From positions 186,001 to 250,000 of the forward strand of contig OW569374.1 of assembly GCA_937625935.1 (NCBI GenBank): DNA of 64,000 bases, given 5' to 3'. Shown in pieces: positions 1 to 9,026 of the stretch (its first letter is position 1; each line of letters opens with the position of its first letter). Both the position numbers and the translations under genes were made by a program. The notes under the pieces were generated by a model, which did no database searches, was not told the DNA's origin, and saw only the letters and a list, made by a program, of their open reading frames with translations. Source of the DNA: Tetramitus jugosus. Lineage: Eukaryota > Protista > Heterolobosea.

Positions 1-161
1 CTTGAATGCCAATCTTCTCTTTTTGCTCAAATCCAAACTGATTTCCCCACTATTGTCATCCATGATGTTCTCAATTCGTAGATGCTTTTCGCCAGCAACC
101 CCAATTCTCCGCAGCAGTTTTCGAAAGCACAGAAAAAAGAACTTCCTGCGCACAAAATAAA

Positions 162-1484
162 ATGAAAAAGCTTTTGACTCGATCGAGCACCTCTTTTATC
201 CACCGTCATAGTTGTTGCTCAAACAAATCTCGCTTTGCACTTGACTCCGCACATCTTTGTCTCTTACACACAACAACAACAACAACCAAGATTGACAACG
301 CCTTTGCAATGCAAGAAGCTCAAATCATGCGTAAAAGCAGAAAAGACCTATTGAGACAAAACATGTTCTCTGGGAATCCATTGGATCGTTTACATGAACT
401 GAGAGCCGATGGTGCCTCTCATGCCAAACTGGATCTGCTGATATCCAATCTGTTGTTGCTCAACAGCAATCACAACCCAACTGACAGCGAAGAAGGAGAA
501 GCTCTGATTTTACCCTTTCTCAACTATTCTCCATTGTTGAACAAGAGGGGACACTTGAGCAGCTCTGGTCAGAATTCCAACAAGAGAAGGCCCTTGTGGA
601 AGAGTGCACAAAGCCTCAAATCACTCATCACTGCTGATCAAAAGCTGGACAGTTTGATACTGTTGGGCAAGTGGGGACAAAAGTATTACTTTGCTCTGAA
701 TTTGGATCGTCTTGCTCAATTACAAGAACAGCAACGCTCCAAGGAGTCACTCTTGAAGGAAATTGTAGGAGAGGATGGTGAATTTGTTGGATTGAGAGAA
801 TCAGCAATGTTTTTGGAAAAGGAAGAAGATGCAGCCATTCTTGCACAGGCCAGAGCATTGTTGGAATGGAGTGATAATCATCGATTCTGTGGTTGTTGTG
901 GTTCAATCACCGTACCAAAGAATGGTGGTGTGCAGAGACAGTGTTCTCATGTGGCTCCTTCAAGTAAAGATGGTTCAACATTTGATTCGGATGTCAAGTA
1001 CTGTGGAAGAACCATATACCCAAGAACGGATCCTGTGGCAATTATGCTTGTGATTCATGGGGATAAGTGCCTATTGGGAAGGCAAGCCAAGTGGCCACCC
1101 GGTACATACAGTTGTTTGGCGGGTTTCATCGATGCTGGTGAGAGTATTGAAGAGGCTGTCAAAAGAGAAGTTTCAGAAGAAGTTGGGGTTGATTTGTCAA
1201 TTGAAAATGTACATTACTTTTCTTCACAGCCATGGCCATTCCTTGGCGGACAAATGATGATTGGGTGCCACGCGTATGCCAACAGCGATCAGATCCGAGT
1301 GAATCACTCCGAAATTGAGGATGCCCAATGGTTTACTGTGGAACAAGTGAAACAAGGTTTGGCAAACAGCACGAATATTACTTCTCCTGATTTCAAACTT
1401 CCGCCAAAGGTCGCCATCGCTCACAAACTGTGCTTGGCCTGGGTGGAACAGCATCATCATCGCTTGCAAGACAGCAAACTGTAG
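162..1484 (+). CDS. NUDT12: NAD(H) diphosphatase, NudC/NUDT12 family Nudix hydrolase, peroxisomal
   Basis: Zn-ribbon (RFCGCCG...C...YPRTDP), Nudix box (AGFIDAGESIEEAVKREVSEEVG), NudC signature SQPWPF, C-terminal SKL (PTS1). The true start could be a downstream Met. Confidence 0.93.
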   Translation: MKKLLTRSSTSFIHRHSCCSNKSRFALDSAHLCLLHTTTTTTKIDNAFAMQEAQIMRKSRKDLLRQNMFSGNPLDRLHELRADGASHAKLDLLISNLLLLNSNHNPTDSEEGEALILPFLNYSPLLNKRGHLSSSGQNSNKRRPLWKSAQSLKSLITADQKLDSLILLGKWGQKYYFALNLDRLAQLQEQQRSKESLLKEIVGEDGEFVGLRESAMFLEKEEDAAILAQARALLEWSDNHRFCGCCGSITVPKNGGVQRQCSHVAPSSKDGSTFDSDVKYCGRTIYPRTDPVAIMLVIHGDKCLLGRQAKWPPGTYSCLAGFIDAGESIEEAVKREVSEEVGVDLSIENVHYFSSQPWPFLGGQMMIGCHAYANSDQIRVNHSEIEDAQWFTVEQVKQGLANSTNITSPDFKLPPKVAIAHKLCLAWVEQHHHRLQDSKL

Positions 1485-1935
1485 TTCCGACACACCCTTT
1501 CGGTGCAAGCGACTCTGTTTTGGACAATACAAACAAGTTAACTCACCGAGCGACGTGAAATTTTTTTATGTGGCACGTCGTCAAGCTGTCGGATTAGTGA
1601 TGTTGGCGGGACAGTTGATGTGGGCGGAGATTCAAAACGCCTCGAACTCTTTTGCCTAAAATCGAAACGGAGTCCATTCGGTAATATCACAAGGGGGAAA
1701 AAGGTGGCTGCGCTCCAAGGACTGGACCAGTGCCACGACACCACCGAACATAAAAAACTCTCCACAGCAACACAACCAGAGCACCTCATCATAACACAAC
1801 ATCCATTGCCTTCTTCCCGTTATTGAGTTCCCATCTGTTGCACACACTGAGAAAAAACTAGAAAACTTTTACCAAACGCAACAACAGAATTATTATTCCA
1901 CCACCACTCCAACAACTTTGACAAACACCTTACAC

Positions 1936-2987
1936 ATGACAGTTCCTCTCAAAAATTTTCACAATCGATCCTTGAACATTGGTTTGTTGGGGTCAGACAG
2001 AAACAGTGTTGGAAAAGCCAACATTGCACTTTGCTATGCACGTAAGTATTATTCAGTGTGTGGTCGCTCCTTTATTCCCTTGTGTGGGAAGAACCCCACG
2101 TTTCATTCCAAACTCGAAGCTTTAGCGGCTGAAACAATATCGATTTTTCCCCCAACCTACCAAAAAAAAATATTTACAAAAAAATTTATTTTGACCTGTT
2201 ACAATATATACATACAGACGGTGAAGCTTACTTGCAGGATTCCATCTATGACAACCAAGAGACTTATTCCATCAATGTTCCCGTTGCTTCCAACTGCACC
2301 ATAAAAGTTACTTTCCATGACATTAGAGATTGTCATCAATTGAGAAAAAACAATTATCACAATGTGCACGAGCATGAAAAAATGTCTCAAATGGACGCCT
2401 TTTTCGTTGTTTTCAGTGAATACGTGCAAGAGTCATTCACCATTCTTGACGAGTGCATGGAAGCACTGTATCACTCTAAAAAACATTGGTCCTCAAGCAG
2501 CAATAACCCCGTCATGGTGCTCAATCACTTGTTTACCAATGATATTGACAATGTGCCATCGACTCAAATTACATCGTCTGAACTGACTCAACTAGCAAAC
2601 AAGTGGAATGTCAAGGTTACTAAAGTAGCTTCGAGATCCAGAGTCAACATGGACGAGTCGTTGAATGAACTGATTCATCAATGGATGGCTCACGTGTATG
2701 CCACGGAACAACAAGCAAAGAAATCAAAGTCAAGCAGCAGCAGCAGGAAGCAGCTTCATCTCAGACATGTGAGTTCACTGGAAAACATGGATGCCAATAA
2801 TAATGAGAATAGTAGTAGTAGTGGTAGTAAAAATGTTGTTTCGAATAATAATAATAACAATGGATCGAATAACGGCAGCAACGGCAATAAGACTCCATCT
2901 CGAAATTCGGATTCAGAGGAGGAAGGCTCGAATAACAGCAACAGGAAACTTCGTGGCTTTGTTTCCAAATTGTTCTCCAAGAGATGA
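1936..2987 (+). CDS. Divergent Ras-superfamily small GTPase-like protein (2 exons: 1936-2041, 2218-2987)
   Basis: Intron 2042-2217 (gtaagt...catacag) joins the two ORFs in frame. G1-like IGLLGSDRNSVGKA, beta-strand DAFFVVFS and G5-like VASRSRVNMDESL. G3 and G4 are degenerate. N/S-rich tail ending in basic RKLRGFVSKLFSKR. Confidence 0.7.
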
Positions 2988-3239
2988 GTTCAATATTCAC
3001 AACATTTAACTTGAAAAGATAGAGAATGTTTGCATCTCAACAGGTGCAAAGTGCATGAATCACGCAAGAGAGAGATCTTAATCGATTGTTCTCTGATTTA
3101 CAATCATAAACTGACTTAAGATTTTAGTCAGATTCACTCTCGGAAACCAAGCAGTACGTACCAGAGAGTCAATCTGACAAAAAATTTCCATAATTGAAAC
3201 GAATAATGATATTGTCAAATAATTATTAGTTTAGTGTGT

Positions 3240-5458
3240 TCATTTTTGTAAGAAACATTTGATGTTTGAGTCGTTGCTGCAAGATACTAGTACTTCGTAT
3301 GAGGAGTTCCATCTGCTCTCGAATACTGCGCCATTGCTTGTCTTCAATCGATCCAAGATCTTACCAGAGTTCAAATCCCAGAGATAAGTAAATCCGTCTT
3401 CACTTCCACCAATAATAACTTCATTCTGAGGTCCAAAGTGAGCCCGAATCAAGTTCGCGTTTGTGTTTTGATGTCCCTTGTACCTCTGGATAAACTCTCT
3501 GTTTTGTCTCGTGTCCCATAACCTGTTGGAGTTGTCCTTGGAGCAACTCAACAATAGGTGACCTGAATGGTTCTTCATTACATCGACGCTAGTCACTTCA
3601 CCCAAGTGCTGTGTCAAGGTTTGAACACAGGCACCACTGCTCATATCCCAAAACTTAATAGTGTGATCCTTGGAGCCAGTGATGATCATGTTACCTAGAA
3701 CGTCACTGAATGTTACGGAGCAGACAGAAGCGGTATGACCATTGAATCTCTTCAATAATGTTCCAGTCTCTACATCATACAGACAAACACCACAATCATA
3801 ACTTCCGGTGATGAGATGAGAGCCATCTTGATGGAATTTTACACTATAGATATCACCCTTGTTCCGTTGATTGTCACTGCACAAGACACGAGAGCACTGT
3901 GGTGGACGATTGCTGTCCTCATAGTACTGTGCCATGTTCCAGATGCGTACTGTAGCATCTCCAGAGCCAGACGCTAACAGGTTAGCACTGTTAGAGTAGG
4001 TTAAGTCCCAGATACGAGACAAATGCCCAGATAAACACACTGATTCGTCATAGTCCTCTTGAGCAGAACCACTGGATTCACTCTTCCTGTTGATGACCTT
4101 GTCCTTCATGTTCCAAATTCGAATGGTATTGTCTGATGAGCCAGATGCCAAATAGGGAGATGATCCCAAGAATTGTACACACTTTACATTTTCCATATGA
4201 CCAACAAGCTTAAACTTTAGGCTGTTAGGGATAATAAAGGTCTCATAATCACTCAACAGACTTGTGACTCGAGGTGGAACATGAGATAAATGAGCCTTGC
4301 GTATCACTTGATAGGTTGCTGCTTGGTTTAACAACGTATTCAACCTATTGCCTGGAATGTTGCTAAAATCGGAGATTGTCAATTCCTTTGTCTCCAAATG
4401 GAAGTCCTTTCTCAATTTTTCAATCAATTTTTCTCTACTGATCATTGGGCCATCCCAATTTCTAAATGAAGGTGCTTCCTGAACACTCTTACAAGTCAAC
4501 AGATAACAGAGATCCTTGAATTCATTCTCATGAGCTTGCATTGCTTTCAATGGCTTCAATTTCTTGGTTAAAAATGTGAAAGCCTTCTGCATTTCACCAT
4601 TATCAATCATCTCCAGAAATTGTTGCTTGTATACTTCGTACAGGAAAGCAGATTGGTTGTACTTGTGAAATAGACCCTTTGTTTGTTGTTGTTGTTGTTG
4701 CTGTTGCTGCTGTTGTGACTGTTGAACAGTACTTGATTTGTTGTGCTGTTGTTGCAACAATTTTGCATCATCACTGGGAGTATTCACTGATCCACCGATA
4801 GTGGTAGGAGTGCTCACTGATACAGCATTTGGTGTAGAGCTTGTTGTCATTGCTGTAATTGTAGATAATTGTGTTGTTGTTGTTGTAGTTGGTGTTGATG
4901 ATGATGATGATAATGGTGCAATGTTGGAAGAGTTGGTAGTAGATGCGGTGGGTGTGGGTGCAGATGGAGAAGAAGTAGTCGGTATGGCAGATTGGATCAC
5001 TAGTCTCTCCACTTCTGTCCAATCACCACTCTCAATGCACTCGAATATGCTCTTCATAATTTTGACTGATTTTTTTTCATTGTCTAGTAATTGTTCCTTT
5101 TCGTTGACAAGTGTGGAGGCACTCTGATAGAATCCTTCATTTTGCAAATATTGAATGATCAATTGTACAATTTGCTATTGTGGACACGTTTTACAGTGTG
5201 AGCTTTTTGGCGCGAAAAAAAAACAAGAGGGAACAAAAAAAAAAGACATACGTTTCGTATCGTTTCATCACTTGTATTCAAGACAATAGAGTTGTTCCCA
5301 TGGAGTAATTCATTCAATTGAGCGTGATTGTTGTTAGTTGTCGTTTGAAGACTCAATTCTTCGACTCTATGGTTGGTTGGTGATGATGTGGATTGGGGTA
5401 TAGTTGTTGGTGAAGTTGGTGTCATATTTGATGTTGTTGAGATGGCACTACTACTCAT
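3240..5458 (-). CDS. LisH-CTLH-CRA + WD40 repeat protein (TOPLESS/SMU1/WDR47-like architecture); exons 5458-5252, 5174-3240
   Basis: Intron 5175-5251 (gtatgt...caatag on minus) completes the LisH motif (RNQIVQLIIQYLQNEGFYQSASTL). CTLH/CRA segment (FLYEVYKQQFLEMID...RLNTLLNQAATYQ) and about 7 GH...WD repeats follow. Confidence 0.85.
5206..5217. promoter_or_regulatory. E2F-type double site TTTGGCGCGAAA
   Basis: Matches the overlapping inverted E2F consensus (TTTSSCGC on both strands). Lies in the WD40 gene intron, about 430 bp upstream of the 5647 gene. Confidence 0.4.
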
Positions 5459-5646
5459 TGTCCAAAAATGTTGTCCACTTGTTTTTCCTTTGTTATTTGA
5501 TTGTTTATTACTCCGCGTATTCAATTATTCCGATTTCTCTTCAATCAAGAAAATGAAGTTCGACTCAAAACGTGAAACATTCATGTTCACGTTTCAAGTT
5601 TTCCTGCGTTTACGAAAAAGACACCAACAACAAGTGAAGATGAACC

Positions 5647-8600
5647 ATGACTGATCCAATCGCACCATCACCTATCACCACATCACTACCGTCATCATCA
5701 ACACCCCCTGTCCCACCTTCATCCTCCTCTCCACCATCTCCACCACTATGCAACTCCACCCCAATCAATCCACAACAACAACAAAATAACAGTAAACAAC
5801 AGACAAATGTCATCACAACAAAACCTTCTTCTTCAACACCACAATCATCCAATAGTGGTACGAGTAAGCTACATCAAAACATGATGATTCTCAAGAAGAA
5901 GATCATCAACACTGGTCTATTGATTGATCAATATGAAGACACAAAGAAAAAACTGAGTGAATCAGTGTTGAGAGAACAAGAGTTGATGAAACAGGCGAGA
6001 AGTGCCATTGCACTCACACAGCTACACAAGGTTACTGTTCAACAATTGGAACATTTAAAAAAGGAGTGTGAAGAACAGAGGAGACAATTGAAGAATTGTG
6101 CAGAGTTGAACAAGGAGATGGAATCTTTGAAGCAGCAATTGAGTCAAAAGAGTGGTCAGTGTGAGAGTCTATTGTCTGATTTGAACAAGTTGAGAGTCGA
6201 GTTGCAGAATGAGAGAGGTTCTACTGTGGCGATTCGCAGAAAAGTGGTTGAATTGGAACAGAGATCGATCGAAAGATTGAGGATTATTGGAGATAAGGAT
6301 GCAGAGTTGCAACAGATGAAACAAGAGTATGAAAATATGAGGTTGAAGAGTGTCAAGAGCCGAGAGATTGAAGCAATGTTGGAATCAGCGCAGAACGAGT
6401 TGGAAATTGCGAGAAAAGAGATATTTTCATTGAGGTCTCAAGACCCGGAGACCTATCAGCGACAATCCTCGAAAGTCACCGAGATTTATCACTTGAATCA
6501 AAGAATACAGCAGTTGGAAGTTGAAAATTCGAATTTGACACTGCATATTGACGATTTTAATGAACAAAAGGAGAAGTTGATCGAGAAGCATAGAAGTCAA
6601 ATGGCAGAGATTCGGAAAGAGAATAGACGTTTGGCTCGGACAGCTCGCGATGGTTCTTCAACGAGTGAGAATGTGTCTAATCAAGCTCTATTGAGGTCTT
6701 TGGAAGAGCTCAAGAAGCAAAATGAATCGCTAATGACTGCCAACAGTCATTTGTCGAAAAAGGTTCAACAAATGGAGCACAAAAACACCAAAAACAATGT
6801 GTACAATGAACAATTGCAGAGCAAGAACAAGAAGCATAAGCGTGTGAAAGAACAACTAGCGATGCTTAGGAATATATTTTTGGAGCAGATCCAACCTATT
6901 TTATTACCAAATGACAGAGTTCTATCTGGAAGTGGGACGGTTACACCGGCCCCACCTAGTGTGATTCAAAGCTCTCCACGTCCTCCTGCGCCTGTTGTTC
7001 ATCGACGAGAAGTGGTTCCTCCACCACAATTACAACCACAACCACAGCCACTACCACAGCGCGTATCACATATTTCTGATGAAATCAGCATATTTGATGA
7101 AGAAACTGGTTTTGGAGGAGACGAGGTTGTGACTCCTATCGAACCCATTGCGAAGTCAATTCCTGCTCCTCGAAAGCAGATTTCTCCGGCCGTAGCAAAA
7201 GCGCTAATACCACCTGCACCAACGACTCATACGACTCAAGAACCTGTGAGAAAGAGAAAGCGAGATGAAAGTCAAAACCAAACAGTGGCTAAGAAAGCTA
7301 AACCGAATCAAGTCAATACACCTGATATTCCGTCGTTTTCAATGGAGAGAAAAGGGCAGGAGAAGGCAGAGACTTATGTCAGTCGAATGGTGGTATCTTT
7401 TATTGAATCCTACACTTCTATCATTTCAAAAACAGAAGAAACCAAAACCATTCACAAGGTGTACCGTTTATGCAAGGATCTTTGTTCAACAATATGGAGT
7501 GTTTGTCTTGGAAATGATAGTTCATACATGGGTAGTCAGACAGGTATTCGAGCTATTGTTAGAGGATTGTGCGAGGCACTAATTAATCATTTTATCCTTC
7601 CTCGTACAAATGGCTTGCACATCGATATGCTACATCGGTTCGTCATACTTCTTCATATATCATCTCCAAGCAGCGTGGACATTTTCAAGCATGTATTCGA
7701 CTTGTTGCAATCACATCTATTTCCTGTTTCAGGTTCGAAGTTGATATTCAATGAAAATGAGGTAACAGCCTTGTGCTCTGTTGTAGGTTTGCTGAGTCAG
7801 ATCGACACACAAGCAATATCACGACGAAGTGTATCTACCGAGAAGCAACTTGCTGCAACAATGAAACCATTCTGTTTAGCCCAAGCCACGCAAGTTCTTT
7901 GTGTTGATTTGTTGTGTGCTTCGCGTATTGGCCAACCAGAGGATCAATATGATGAAAAGAAGTTGGAGCAGCTTCTTTTTGTAGTGGCCTCAAACAACAA
8001 GTTGATACAAATGAATAATTTTATGGGCAAAACAATGGTAGCCATACTTAGTGATATCGAGACAGAAGATGATTCTCGCTTACAGAATATTATTCATTGG
8101 ATACTGAAAGTGATTGGTATCAATTCCACTTATTCAAAGGATGAAGATCATATCGATAGAATATTAGGAACTATGGTGTCTGCGATCAAAACACTGTCAC
8201 TCACTACTCTTGGCGATTCGTCAAAAGACCAACTCACATTATCCAGGATTGAGCAAGATATTATTCACTCGTTTGCGATCATTGTTCACTTTAGGAATGA
8301 TTGGAATCATCTGTACAATGATATTTATGTGGAACGCATATGGCCTCTTGTCCATGGATCCGGTGCCATGAATGTCACAATTTGTATCACAGGTATATTG
8401 TTGACATTGAAGGCCCGTGGGATCATAAGTTGCGATTATGAACCGGAACAACACATTAGGGACATGATACAAAAGTTCTTAATCGTCCTTGATCCTGATA
8501 CGCGAGCTGACTTCGGATTATTGGTTCAAATGTATGCCGTGGACTATTTAACTAATTTAGTGTGTTCGAACTCGGATAAAACTATCCAGCAATCAGTGCA

Positions 8601-8820
8601 AGATCTGAACGTACAATATCACTTACTCACATGGTTAGATAGACATCAGCAAGTCAAAGAGTTTAAGGAATTGGACATGAATTTTCCTTACTTGTTCCAT
8701 TTAGTCGTATTCAGTCAACAGTTGAGTACAGTAGTACCACGAAACGACCCACATCATGCAAGTAACACTGAGTCCACAGATCCTCTTGATGATATGTGGC
8801 AAATAAAGTGGAAGAAATGA
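5647..8820 (+). CDS. Large coiled-coil protein with C-terminal helical domain; candidate ICE1 (Little Elongation Complex subunit 1)-like
   Basis: 1057-aa ORF with N-terminal coiled coil, Pro-rich linker, NLS-like RKRKR and helical C-terminal domain. Motifs LKKKIINTGLLIDQY, DWNHLYNDIYVERIWP and LVQMYAVDYLTNL resemble animal ICE1 termini as recalled. CDS is secure; identity is tentative. Confidence 0.6.
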   Translation: MTDPIAPSPITTSLPSSSTPPVPPSSSSPPSPPLCNSTPINPQQQQNNSKQQTNVITTKPSSSTPQSSNSGTSKLHQNMMILKKKIINTGLLIDQYEDTKKKLSESVLREQELMKQARSAIALTQLHKVTVQQLEHLKKECEEQRRQLKNCAELNKEMESLKQQLSQKSGQCESLLSDLNKLRVELQNERGSTVAIRRKVVELEQRSIERLRIIGDKDAELQQMKQEYENMRLKSVKSREIEAMLESAQNELEIARKEIFSLRSQDPETYQRQSSKVTEIYHLNQRIQQLEVENSNLTLHIDDFNEQKEKLIEKHRSQMAEIRKENRRLARTARDGSSTSENVSNQALLRSLEELKKQNESLMTANSHLSKKVQQMEHKNTKNNVYNEQLQSKNKKHKRVKEQLAMLRNIFLEQIQPILLPNDRVLSGSGTVTPAPPSVIQSSPRPPAPVVHRREVVPPPQLQPQPQPLPQRVSHISDEISIFDEETGFGGDEVVTPIEPIAKSIPAPRKQISPAVAKALIPPAPTTHTTQEPVRKRKRDESQNQTVAKKAKPNQVNTPDIPSFSMERKGQEKAETYVSRMVVSFIESYTSIISKTEETKTIHKVYRLCKDLCSTIWSVCLGNDSSYMGSQTGIRAIVRGLCEALINHFILPRTNGLHIDMLHRFVILLHISSPSSVDIFKHVFDLLQSHLFPVSGSKLIFNENEVTALCSVVGLLSQIDTQAISRRSVSTEKQLAATMKPFCLAQATQVLCVDLLCASRIGQPEDQYDEKKLEQLLFVVASNNKLIQMNNFMGKTMVAILSDIETEDDSRLQNIIHWILKVIGINSTYSKDEDHIDRILGTMVSAIKTLSLTTLGDSSKDQLTLSRIEQDIIHSFAIIVHFRNDWNHLYNDIYVERIWPLVHGSGAMNVTICITGILLTLKARGIISCDYEPEQHIRDMIQKFLIVLDPDTRADFGLLVQMYAVDYLTNLVCSNSDKTIQQSVQDLNVQYHLLTWLDRHQQVKEFKELDMNFPYLFHLVVFSQQLSTVVPRNDPHHASNTESTDPLDDMWQIKWKK

Positions 8821-9026
8821 TGAAAGATTTACGTATCTATATCTAATTTTCGAAGAATGCTTGTCATTAGCCATATCGGCCATATTTTATTTACCTTACG
8901 CAATTCGAGCAATGAATCTACTTTGTGCATCAGCATCAAATTCGATTTCTCGTTGTATCTTTCGTTACCACCACGTTTGTGGTCTTTATACTTCTTTACA
9001 CAACATTTTCGCAATATGTTTATTTT

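Noticed and set aside
4738-5127. Numerous antisense or alternate-frame ORFs rich in V/C/D/M/H (this one, 11206-11505, 13269-13598, 62341-62895 and others)
   Set aside because: They are shadows of trinucleotide repeats in real genes on the other strand or frame, with no domain signal.
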